Shown: positions 14,236 to 26,761 of the stretch, one piece after another | Layout of the letters: each line of letters opens with the position of its first letter | Numbering within the stretch: position 1 is the stretch's first letter | Source of the DNA: Octopus vulgaris | Lineage: Eukaryota | Reading direction: 5' to 3' | Length of the DNA: 64,000 nucleotides | Assembly (NCBI GenBank): GCA_951406725.2 | Contig: OX597833.1 | Coordinates: 66,154,001 to 66,218,000, forward strand | The notes under the pieces: generated by a model | The model's database searches: none | What the model saw: only the letters and a program-made list of their open reading frames with translations | What the model was told of the DNA's origin: nothing | Position numbers and translations under genes: made by a program

Positions 14236-15456
14236 AAGTAATATAGGGGTCATGGGTGTAACCCACGTATTTTTGTATTCTTATTCGTGTAACATCGTCC
14301 GGTTTTCCGTCCTTGTTTTGTATACATTCGAGGCTTTCTTCCAAGGAATCTAATGCGCTTGGCTTAGATTTTCCTTTGGGGCTGGCCAGATCGGAGCAAT
14401 CTCAAGATTAATCAGCCGAAATTGCGAGGATGATCCGGTTCTTGACTGAAGATTGAAGGTTTCGAATGTCCCGTCCGTGTTTTTTGTATCGTATTCTAAA
14501 TGTTTTGCATTCTTGTCCCAGTTTGTATTTTTTTTACATATATATATATACATACACACACACACAAGCATACATTCATATCTATATATATACAACGATG
14601 GTGATTTTCCTTCTTCACAAATGATTGTGCTTCCTCGTTATCAATGGCACTTCTGACTTTTTTTCCATGACCCCTCAGATGACAGTTTAGTCCCGCTGCA
14701 AATCTGCAGGGTTTGAATCACAAATGTCACACAAAGTTTGCAACTTCCGCTCAATCAATCAGGTCACTTTGTGATATAAATTAGTCTCTACCGATCAAAA
14801 TTTCAAATGTTTCTATCTTTAAGTTGAGCCTTCTCACTGGTTAAGTCCATACAGGTCACAACTCTTCCATCATCACAGCGCGCGCTTTCCGAAAATGGAA
14901 TGACAAATGAGGTCACCATAATGTGTCATCTATATGTCACCGAATTATAGTGATAAACACTTGTACAACACAAGTACCACTTTCTGAGTTTCTGTGGTAA
15001 GAACCTAATGACAAACCGAAGCGAGAGTAATCATGTAAACCTGCAGTTTTAAAATTTGGCTGCACTTCAAACATCCAGTAGTCCAAGGGTTTGTTTGAAA
15101 GCTTGGAGTTTATATTTCTTTGCATGGAATCATAACAACACGGCTTCTTTTAATCTACTTCAGATATGTCCACGGGGAGTCAGAATGTTGTGTTTTTCAG
15201 TTGTGCACAGTTGACAGTAATTACCGGAGCCGTTGTAGACGTTGCGATATTTTATTACGGAGTTGTTTGCCTTCTGGTCTTTCAGGAACCAAATATATTT
15301 CGAGAAGGAGGTGGCATATGTATGTGCGTGTTCGTATGTGTGTGTGTCCTTACGTAATTATACTCTACACCATGTATCGAGTACTTTTTCTTGCCCTTTA
15401 GAGACACACGCACATATGTATATATGTATGCATGTATACACACACACAAACATATC

Positions 15457-15499
<43 letters not shown>

Positions 15500-15521
15500 G
15501 TGTGTATACACACACACAAAC

Positions 15522-15554
<33 letters not shown>

Positions 15555-15624
15555 TACACACACACAATTATCAGAGCATGTTTTAATTACCTTTTCTTCT
15601 TGGTCATTATAGACATGTGTGTAC

Positions 15625-15660
<36 letters not shown>

Positions 15661-18123
15661 CCGTGCGTGCATGAACACACATACAAAGACCTACACACAA
15701 GCACGTGCACACACACACCACAAATCCTATGCTAGCGAGAACGAGACAAAGCTTCTCTCTTCTCCGTCGCTAATAAACAATAATAAAAAGAAACGGTTTT
15801 CACTCTGACGGTGATAAAATTATTATCGGTGATAACCCGGGGGTCATAATGTTTGACCTTTCCATTGGCGAGAGGTCAATGAATCGATAAAGGTCAACAT
15901 CGTCTACCAATTTAAATAGATTGTCGTTATAACACATTACGGCATCTTGTGGAGTTTTAGGTGTGAAGGTACTGGTGGTGGTGGTGGTGGTGGTGGTGGT
16001 AGAGTGGCTATTGCAGTCGTGAGCTAGCGTTGATGATGGTGGTGGTGGTGGTGGTGGTGATGGTTGTCTGTTGAAGTCATGGATTGACGTTGTTGTTGAT
16101 GATGACGATCATGATGATGATGATGAGGAGGAGGAGGAGGAGGAGGGTGATAATGATGATAAAGTGTTTCTGACGATAGTTACCATCACTACCACACAAT
16201 TATTATTATTATTATTATTATTAAGGCGGTGAGCTGACAGAATCGTTAGCTCGCCGAACGAAATGCATAGCGGCATTTCGTCCGTCGATACGTTCTGAAT
16301 TCGTCGATTAGATCGACTCCAGTGTGTAACTGGTACTTATTTAATCGACCCCGAAAGGATGAAAGGCTAAGTCGACCTCGGCGGAATTTGAACTAAGAAT
16401 GTAAAGACAAACGAAATACCTATTTCTTTACTACCCACAAGAGGCTAAACATAGAGGGGATAAACAAGGAAGACAAAGGGATTAAGTCAATTACATCGAC
16501 CCCAGTGCGTAACTGGTACTTAATTTATCGACCCCGAAAGGATGAAAGGCTAAGTCGACCTCGGTGGAATTTGAACATATTTGAACTCAGAAGACAGACG
16601 AAACACTGCTAAGGATTTCGCCCGGCGTGCTAACGTTTCTGCCAGCTCGCCGCCTTATAGTAAATGGAAATAGCCATTAGCAATCACCTTTCCGTGTCCA
16701 TATGCTTCTCTCGCTCTCTCATTGGTGACCACATCGAGTCCCTCTTCTTTTCCTCTCCCCTCTGTTCCTAGTCGCAACCTTGATTTTCCACCCCACCCCA
16801 TCTTTTTCTTTCTTCCTTAGTGATCACAAGTAGACATTTCCGGAAAACCTGACCTAACGAAGACCAACTCTCCTCTGTCACTCACCTGCAGGTCTGTCAC
16901 TCTTCAGACGTTCGGTGGAAACCACATAGACACACGTGATATATCAGCAAATTTTTGACCATGGCTGAATTTTAAAATTTCCTACACTTCAGGGTTTCAT
17001 CCGCGTCTCATCTTTGGCATCAGATAACTTCAGACGGCTATTAGATTGAACCATTACAGCATGCATTGACAGAGTTTCTCTCTTGTCTGTGGCAGAAATT
17101 TTATGAACTTTTAGGTACTTACGAAGGATACCACCCTTTACACGTACACACTTCTAAATTAGACGAGCCAACGTCATCACTCGATCTTCTAAATGTAGCA
17201 ACCAAATCTCCCGAGGTTCATACCCGTCTAAAGAGAAGGGAAAAGACATTTTAGATAATGCAGTCCGGGTTTCCTTTACACAAAAAAAAAGATGGACATG
17301 GATGCATTGCTTTTATAATTCTCTATCAGCGATAATTAGGGACGATTCATCAAAAAATATAAATATCTGTATTTATGTACATTTATACATAACATGTATA
17401 ATATATATGAACCTTTAATGGGGCCGCCCTTTTGCAAGTATTGAGGGTCAAGCCTCCTGTTTGCACATTCCTTCTCTTCTTTCTACCAGGCTCGAAGGCC
17501 CAATAAAGGGACATGGGCAAAGCTTCCCGTCTAATTAAAAGATGAAGCACACGCCCATACACACATACGTGCGAATACACCCGCACACGCATGTATTCAA
17601 CCTGTTTTAATAATTCTGTTCAGTTATTTGATTGTGGCCATGCTGGGGGACCGCCTTAAAGTCGAACAAATCGACCCCGGAACTAATTCTTTGGAAGCAT
17701 AGTACTTATTCTATCGGTTCTTTTGCCGAACCGCTAAGTTACGGGGACGTAAACACACCAACGTCGGTTGTCAAGCGATGATTGGGGGACAAACACAGAC
17801 ACACAAACGTATATATATGACAGGATTCTTTCAGTTTCCGTCTACCAGATCCAGTCTCAAGGCTTTGGTTGGCCCGACGTTATAGTAGAAGACACTTGCC
17901 CAAGGTGTCACGCAGTGGGAATGAACCCGGAACCATGTGGTTAGTAAGCAGGCTTCTTACAACACAGTCACATGCCTGCGCCATTTTGGTATAGGATGTT
18001 TATCTTTCGCTGCCAATCAACGCAGTTGCTTTCAATTTCTCCGACAAATTTTATGTACAAAGAGCGAAAAATCAACTTTCCACATAAATTAATAGAAATT
18101 AAATGAAAAACTAATTTAGATAT

Positions 18124-18649
18124 CGTAACATACAATTGCCAACCAAGTGTGGCGTCCTATACAGGACAGTGCTACTGATGTTTATAGCCCCAGGAAGACA
18201 TCTCTTCCAGTTGGCTAACGACCCACATTCTGTGTCCGATTAGTATTTGCGAGGGGAGATCATCGCTCCCATCCCTAGCCTTACGTGATACACACGGACT
18301 CGAGTTTCTGGGTGGTTACCCGTCCTCAGCGTGTGTTAATCACCAGCTAGTGATGAAAACTCACCCAACTCCTAAAATACTATATGCTTTTTCCAGCGAC
18401 AGACCGTCGATGATCTCGTAAAAGGAGAAATAAGCTATATTAAATCTCTGAGTGAGATGTAAACAGTAGCAATACGGAATCGTAGGCGCAGGAGTGGCTG
18501 TGTGGTAAGTAGCTTGCTTACCAACCACACGGTTCCGGGTTCAGTCCCACTGCGTGGCACCTTGGGGAAGTGTCTTCTGCTATAGCCTCGGGCCGACCAA
18601 AGCCTTGTGATTGGATTTGGTAGACGGAAACTGAAAGAAGCCCGTCATA

Positions 18650-18698
<49 letters not shown>

Positions 18699-19128
18699 GC
18701 GTGTGTGTGTTTGTGTGTCTGTGTTTGTCCCCCAAGCATTGCTTGACAACCGATGCTGGTGTGTTTACGTCCCCGTTACTTAGCGGTTCGGCAAAAGAGA
18801 CCGATAGAATAAGTACTGGGCTTACAAAAAGAATAAGTCCCGGGGTCGAGTTACTCGACTAAAGGCAGTGCTCCAGCATGGCCGCAATCAAATGGCTGAA
18901 ACAAGTAAAAGAGTAATATAATTTCCAACCAAATGTGGCGTCCCCCTCGCAAATACTAACCGGACACCGAATGTGTGTCGTTAGCCAGCTGGAAGCGATG
19001 TCTTCCTGGGGCTATAAACGTCAGTTGCACTGTCCTGTATAGGACGCCACACTTGGTTGGCAATTATATGTTACCGTTCCGTATTGCTACTGTTTATATC
19101 TCGCTCAGAGATTTAATAAAGCTAATTT
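18124..19128. mobile_element. 357-bp hammerhead-bearing unit with partial tandem and inverted copies (Penelope-like/retrozyme-like), split by a SINE at 18483-18913
   Basis: Unit 18124-18480; its start recurs at ~18914-18943. 18943-19128 is the reverse complement of the unit's end/start junction. Confidence 0.6.
18285..18343 (-). ncRNA. Type I hammerhead ribozyme motif
   Basis: Reverse complement reads GTGAT-ta-ACACACG-CTGAGGA-C-GGGT(aacc)ACCC-A-GAAAC(tcga)GTC-CGTGTGT-ATCAC: 7+5-bp stem I, GUC triplet, palindromic loop III. Confidence 0.8.
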
Positions 19129-19501
19129 AAATATTTCTAGCTTTAGACGAACAAAAAAAAAAAAAAACCATTTAAGATAACTTCAGTCAAGAGTCGCTTC
19201 CCTTGATAAACCAAGGGAGGCTACTTGCTTCTTTTTTCTGTCTGGATCCAAATTTTGTTTTTGCTTTTGTTATTATCGTCTATTTGTCTGAATGTTTTAT
19301 TGCATTCTATTGCGTCTTTGGTCCATCTGTATAAATATATACTGGAGTGGCTGTGTGGTAAGTAGCTTGCTTACCAACCACATGGTTCCGGGTTCAGTCC
19401 CACTGCGTGGCACCTTGGGCAAGTGTCTTCTGCTATAGCCCCGGGCCGACCAATGCCTTGTGAGTGGATTTGGTAGACGGAAACTGAAAGAAGCCTGTCG
19501 T

Positions 19502-19573
<72 letters not shown>

Positions 19574-19779
19574 TTGTGTTTGTGTTTGTCCCCCCTAGCA
19601 TTGCTTGACAACCGATGCTGGTGTGTTTACGTCCCCGTCACAATAGCGGTTCGGCAAAAGAGACCAATAGAATAAGTACTGGGCTTACTAAGAATAAGTC
19701 CCGGGGTCGAGTGGCTCGATTAAAGGCGGTGCTCCAGCATGGCCGCAGTCAAATGACTGAAACAAGTAAAAGAGTAAAG

Positions 19780-19846
<67 letters not shown>

Positions 19847-21099
19847 CGAGCTTTTTTTCAGTTTCCATCTATAAAATCCACTCACAAGCGTTTGGTTGTC
19901 CCCAGGTTACAAAATACTTGCCCGAGGTGGTACGCAGTAGGGCTGAACTTGGAACCTTGCGATTGGAAAGCAAACTTCTTACCACACGGCCATACAGGGC
20001 CCAGACATACAGACGGACAGGCAGGCAGTCGTTCGAGCATCCGATAGACTGCATTGCAATATTTGTTGTGGCTAAGGCGGCGAGCTGGCAGACACCTTAG
20101 CATGCCGGCGGAAATGCGTAGCCGTATTTCGTCTGCCGTTACGTTCTGAGTTCAAATTCCGCCGAAGTACCAGTTATGCACTGGGGTCGATGGAATCGAC
20201 TTAATCCGTTTGTCTGTCCTTGTTTGTTCCCTCTGTGTTTAGTCCTTTGTGGGTGGTAAAGAAATAGGTATTTCGTCTGTCTTTACGTTCTGAGTTCAAA
20301 TTCCGCCGAGGTCGACTTTGCCTTTCATCCTTTCGGGGTCGATAAATTAAGTGCCAATTGAATATTGGGGTCGATCTAATCGACTGGACCCCTCCCCGAA
20401 AAATTCGGGCCTTGTGCCTAAAGTCGAAAATAGTATTTGTTCTGGATCTGTGCTTTCAGAGTTCAATTCCGGCCGAGGTCAACTTTGCCTTTCATCCTTT
20501 CAGTCTTGATAAAATAACCCCTAACCTTCACAAATCCCTGACGCTCCGCTGGCTCAAAGATGGAACACCAAGGGGTTACCCGCGTGCGTTAGCAACTACA
20601 CAAACCCCTAAAACCCTAAGCGAGAGTATGCCGCATGCTGCGAGGTAATGTTCACACACAAACATTAACTCTTCTCTGTAAGAGAGAAAAGAATGGTGTT
20701 GTGATGTTTATGCCTTTCCCGAAATATTCTTAAAAAGATAACTGATTGCAGTGTGTGCATGCGGCTTTCAGATCCGCAATGGCACTAGTCGAATCGTTAA
20801 CAAAAAATGGTTGCGGTTATCTCCCTTAGAAAGTATTATCACCTGAAGAGTTACCTCCCCTTATGAAACACTTTTTTTTTTTTTTTTTTAGGAATGATGT
20901 TTGACATGCTATAAATAATAGCCAATTTCCACACAAACATGTTGATATCTCAAAGATTGATTAGTCTAAGGATACAAGAGTAGAATAAAATGTAAAGAGG
21001 AAACATGTTATCCAATCTGCTAGAAATAACAGCCACAATCACTCACCATAAACCTTGGAAGAGGAAACTGGATAACTTTGCATTTTTAAATTTATATTC

Positions 21100-21285
21100 T
21101 AGTTAAGGGTGTTGGTCCTATGCAAACCCATTTTTACCTCTGGGTAGAGGTGGTCCATATTAGTCTGGCCGCTATCCTTGTACCTGTCCACTATGGGTGA
21201 CCCTACAAAGAGCTTGCCCTCAACTGGCACAGCTTTCACGGTCACTATGGCACACAAATCACAACCCCACAGCCACAGCAAGGAC
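21100..21285 (-). mobile_element. RTE-clade 5'UTR-like fragment
   Basis: CCTTGCTGTGG...TGACCGTGAAAGCTGTGCC...GTAGGGTCACCCAT resembles the RTE 5' UTR motif as I recall it. Confidence 0.4.
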
Positions 21286-22109
21286 TGGACCTTGTGGCAG
21301 GCTGTGCTAGCCTTTCTTTCATGTATTGACACCAGGTCATGTAATGAAAAGGAAGAGGTATATAACAAATCCAACAGAACCCAAGAATATTACCGGTATG
21401 GTACACATTTTTATCAACCAAACAAGATTTAAACTGAAAACATGAGAAGGGCCCAACAGCTAATTGATACCACTATCATAATTACCATAATTAGTATAAG
21501 TGTAATTACCATCATTTTTACATTGTTTTTCATGCTCACATGACTTGGACAGTATTTATTGAGGCAGATTTTCTATGGTGAGGTACCCTTCCGAGTGCCA
21601 ACCCTCAATTTTTTCCAAGCAAGGCAATATCCACCGATGGCCAGACACATTTCCATGGAAGATTGGAAAAAAAGCACACTGCTTGTATGAGGGTGATGCT
21701 TGTTTACAACAAGCACTTGAAGTCAAGGCAAAGAGACACTGACACAAACATGCAATCATAAACACACATATATATATATATATATATTCTTTTACTTGTT
21801 TCAGTCATTTGACTATAGTCATGCTGGAGCATCACCTTTGGTCAAACTAATCAACCCCAGGGCATATTCTTTGTAAGCTGAAATGTGTTAACAACAAATA
21901 AGATGAGGACAAATATCCGTCAAATGTAAATAATGTACGTAATTGGCAGGAGTGGCTGTGTGGTAAGTAGCTTGCTAACCAACCACATGGTTCCGGGTTC
22001 AGTCCCACTGTGTGGCATCTTGGACAAGTGTCTTCTGCTATAGCCTTGGACTGACCAAAGCCTTGTGAGTGGATTTGGTAGACGGAAACTGAAAGAAGCC
22101 TGTCGTATG

Positions 22110-22142
<33 letters not shown>

Positions 22143-22556
22143 ATGTGTGTGTGTTTGTATTTGTCCTCCTAGCATTGCTTGACAACTGATACTGGTGTGT
22201 TTACGTCCCCGTCACTTAGCGGTTGGGCAAAAGATACCGATAGAATAAGTACTGGGTTTACAAAGAATAAGTCCCGGGGTCGATTTCCTCGGCTAAAGGC
22301 AGTGCTCCAGCATGGCCGCAGTCAAATGACTGAAACAAGTAAAAGAGTAAAGAGTATAATTTACACAATTCCTCAATATAGAACAGGTAGCTGTATGTCT
22401 GGTTTTAGGAGGTGAAGTATGATAGAGGGACAAGCACGGGGGTGTTTTACTTTAAAGGCGATTACATGACCATTCTGTTTTATGTAAAGGTAGGAAGGTT
22501 GAAAAGTGGATAGGCTGACCAAGATATTACTCTCAAGGAATGCGACCAAATGAAGT

Positions 22557-23927
22557 TTATTTTTCAGTATAGTTCCCTTTGCAGTCCACACACTTCGTCC
22601 ATCGGTGCAGCAGTGCTTGGATCCCTATGATGAGAAAGTGTTTGTCCGGTTGGTCAAGAAAGTCATCTACAACAAATATGACATCATCAAGCGCAGGAGT
22701 GGCTGCGTGGTAAGTAGCTTGCTTACCAACCACATGGTTCCGGGTTCAGTCCCACTGCGTGGCACCTTGGACAAGTGTCTTCTACTATAGCCTCGGGCCA
22801 ACCAAAGACTTGTGAGTGGATTTGGTAAACAGAAACTGAAAGAAGCCCATCATGTGTGTGTATTTGTTTGTCCCCCCACCATCGTTTGACAACCGATGGT
22901 GGTGTGTTTATGTCTCCATAACTTAGCGGTTCAGCAAAGAGACCGATAAAATAACTACTAGGCTTACAAAGCATAAGTCCTGGGGTCGATTTGCTCGACT
23001 ACAGTAAAAGAGCATCATCATCACCATCTGTGATACTGGTCCCTAGCCAAGTGTTTCTTCATTTTGTTGGGGAACAGATGATAGTCAGATGGGGACAAAA
23101 TCAGGGGAATAGGGAGACTGATCAACAAGTTGAAAGCCTCATTCACACACAGCAGCCATTGAAACCAACGAGTATTGTTCTGATGAAACAAGACCCGTTT
23201 TGTCAGTTTTCCTGGGTGTTTGGTCTTGATAGCCCTTCGTAACTCCCTCAGCAAGTTGGCATAGCACTCTCCATTGATGGTGTGGCCCTTCTGAAGATAG
23301 TCAATAAACCCAATGCCTTTTGAATCCCAAGAAAACTGAAGCCATCACTTCCACATCAGAAGGTTCGTTGTGCAGAATATTCTCAACTCTCTCATGCGAT
23401 AGGCTAATAGCATTGGCTATTTGATTGATAACCCAATCACCTGTAATCCATCACCATGTCCGTGAACACAATCAATATTTCCGCCTTGGTGGTGACAGTT
23501 GCAGGACGTCCAGACCCTGGGGTCATCTAAAAGATGCTCCCTTCTCCTCCTAAATCCAGCTGCCCATTTTTGCACTGTTAAGTTAATGTTTTGGCTCAAA
23601 AAGCAAAAAGCAAGGCCATGTAGGGGGACATGGAGTTATGTACAGGGAGGGTGTTCATGCAAAGAGTTCAGGCCACTTGTGGTCAAGGGAGACTTTGAAC
23701 CGAGCGGTCGTCGGCATCTTCACTATCTCGTCCGGCAGCTTATTCCACGGATCCGCAACCCGGACGGAGAAAGCCCCTCCTTCGATTGTGATGAAATCGT
23801 CGTTGATAAAGCTAGAGCGTTGTCCTGTAATGTAGCAACCATGTCTGCATAAATGCCCTCGTGGAATAAAACCTTTTTTCTGCAGGTACTTTATAACACC
23901 ATGATGCCAAATTTTATTGATTTTCAT
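22557..23927 (-). pseudogene. Decayed mariner transposase, interrupted by a SINE (22691-23000) and a LINE 3' fragment (~23588-23795)
   Basis: Ordered fragments KIWHHGVIKYLQKKG, TVQKWAAGFRRRREHLLDDPR, LRELRRAIKTKHPGKLTKRVLFHQNN, SPSDYHLFP, KGNYTEK*, with frameshifts and deletions. Confidence 0.85.
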
Positions 23928-24039
23928 GAGAAGTTGCTACGAATTACTTCTGAAATCTTTTTATACAGTGAGATGTCAGTTTACCTGGAAAGAAACATGT
24001 CTATATCATCATCATCATCATCATCATCATTTTTAAAAT

Positions 24040-24355
24040 CAGAAAACAGCACGGCTCCCATGACTTTCGGATGCATTTTTTTCACACTAAGAGTTGCTGA
24101 AGTATGGAACAAACTGCCGGCATCAGTTGTTAGTTGTCGGAGCACTGCATCCTTCAAAACTTCCATGCTTCCTGAGATTTGCCAACACTACACCTGATTT
24201 TCCCCGCTCCATACACACGCAAGCCTGTATCTGACTCATACACTGTTCACTTCCCAGACATTTGTACATTACTGCATATACTTTATACGCACTTTTGACA
24301 AGTTGCAGTACACCTGAGCACTGTATACAATAATTTCATTATTATTATTTTATTA
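24040..24355 (+). mobile_element. CR1/L2-clade LINE 3' end
   Basis: FFTLRVAEVWNKLPASVV C-terminal motif, 3' UTR and (ATT)n tail. A similar motif FSVRVADPWNKLPDEIV is at 23655-23795 (minus). Confidence 0.7.
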
Positions 24356-25493
24356 TAAACAATGCATTTATTAATAAGTGTTGAAATCAATGCAAGCAAG
24401 GTTTCACAGCTCTAGCATCACTCCTCCACAATCAACCTATGAATTTTTGAGCCTACCTTCATGTGCATGTGTACATAATGTATACACATATATACGCATG
24501 TATGAGCTTATTTTTATGCCAAGTTATTTACATATACGTATGTATGTATATTGGCACGTGTAAAGTACCCACTACACTCTCAGACTGATTGATGTTAAGA
24601 AGGGCATCCAGCTGTAGAAACTTTGCCAGATCAGATTGGAGCCTGGTGCAGCCTTCTGGCTTCTCAGATCCCAGTCAAACCGTCCAACCCATGCCAGCAT
24701 GGAAAGCAGACATTAAACTTGATGACGATGATGATATATATGTGTGTATATATATATATATTTTATATATTTATATCATCATCATCATCGTTTAACGTCC
24801 GCTTTCCATGCTGGCATGGGTTGGACGATTTGACTGAGGGCTGGCGAACCAGATGGCTGGCTACACCAGGCTCCAATCTTGATCTGGCAGAGTTTGTACA
24901 GCTGGATGCCCTTCCTAATGCCAACCACTCCTACAGTGTAGTGGATGCTTTTACGTGCCACTGGCACAAGGGCCAGTCAGGCAGTACCGGCAACGGCCAT
25001 GCTCAAATGGTGTTTTTTATGCGCCACCTGCACAAGTGCCAGTAAGGCGACGCTGGTAGTACATATATATATATATATATATTGGGTTGGTGCATAATTA
25101 ACAACTATTTTATAATTTATTTACAACAGTTTCGGAATTTTGAAAAAGTCGTTAATTATGTATATTAATGAACATTTTTAAATGTAAATTTAAATATAGA
25201 GACAAACATTGGTGTAACAACTGCATTCTGGTGCGAGGGTATTCAGGAAATTAAGTGAAAACAGGAAAAGATACTGAAACAACTGATACACTTCTGCCAA
25301 AAACAGAAAAAGAAAGAAAAGAACTTTACTCGTCCAACCCATGCCAGCTAGGAAAATGGACACTAAATGATGATGAGGAGAAGATGCAAATGGAAAATTA
25401 GCCTCTTGGAGGTGAGCAAGCCAAAAGTTGGAAGTCGCAGGTGCAGGCAACATTTTCCTTTATAATAGAGAGGAGAGAAAGAGAGGGAGAGAG

Positions 25494-25528
<35 letters not shown>

Positions 25529-26215
25529 ATACGTGTGATAGTGCATGAGTGTGTGTTTGTGTGGGTGGATGTGTGACTGTTCCTGTGTTTATGTCTCGTC
25601 TTGCCATCGTGAGAGTCGTAAACGAGTGTCACCATCATACAAGCAGTGTTATTCCAATATTCTACAAAAACATGTCTGGCCGTGAAGTAACAGAGTGAGC
25701 TGCTGACAGGAAGGATAGAGACAAAAAAACCATAGCAAATCTGCCTCATACAAGCACAGAAAAGTGGATTTATGGATTTAATGACCCCGAAAGGATGAAA
25801 GGCAAAGTCGACCTCGGCAGAATTTGAACTCAGAATGCAGAGGCAGACGAAATACCTATTTCTATTTCTTTACTGCCCACAAGGGGCTAAACAGAGAGAG
25901 GACAAACAAGGACAGACAAAGGGATTAAGTCGATTACATCGACCCCAGTGCGTAACTGGTATTTAATTTATCGACCCCGAAAGAATGAAAGGCAAAATCG
26001 ACTTCGGCGGAATTTGAACTCAGAACGTAGCGGCAGACGAAATACCGCCAAGCATTTCGCCTGGCATGCTAACGATTCTGCCATCCCGCCACCTTAATGA
26101 TAATGATGATGATAATGATGATGATGATGGTGATGATGATAATAATAATAATAATAATAATCATAGTGATTTCTTTCTTTTTGTAATAATAATAAACATG
26201 AAATTAACTTCCATA

Positions 26216-26221
26216 TTTATT
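26216..26221 (-). promoter_or_regulatory. Candidate poly(A) signal AATAAA
   Basis: AATAAA on the minus strand ~540 nt after the stop codon; the AT-rich context makes this weak. Confidence 0.25.
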
Positions 26222-26477
26222 TACTATTTAAATTCTATTTAAATTCCTGTTTTGGAAAAAAAAAAAAAAAAGGGAAAATTTTCTTTACAGTTTCTTTTTC
26301 ATCAAGTTTTTTTTTTTTTAAGTAATTAGCCTCATTTTTTTTTTCTTTTAAATTATAATCTTAGTCTTTTTTTCAGTCTCTTTTATAATTAATTAATTAA
26401 TTAATTATTTTTAACATGTTCCAATAAGATTTTGTCTTCAATGTTCACTTAGACATTTGCATGTATGTGCACAGATG

Positions 26478-26509
<32 letters not shown>

Positions 26510-26761
26510 TATATAAATGCATGTAAAAATTCATATTGGTTCCTCAGATGTGTGTGTGTATATATACATACATACACACATACACTATAAATGTTTATGT
26601 ATGTATTTGTGTATGTATTCATGAATTTATAGTAGGTCTGTGTCAATATATATATATATGCTATAAATTCATATGTATGTATGCGGTGTTTGTGTAAGTA
26701 TACATGAAGATATATAAATATATATATATGTGTATATATATTATATATATATATATATATA

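Noticed and set aside
16853-16930. Decayed hammerhead (CTAACGA-AGACC...GGTG-GAAAC)
   Set aside because: Core mutated and no stem I or cleavage triplet identifiable.
20515-20870. Telomerase RNA
   Set aside because: Template-like words are imperfect or short; no U-rich pseudoknot loop or convincing H/ACA domain.
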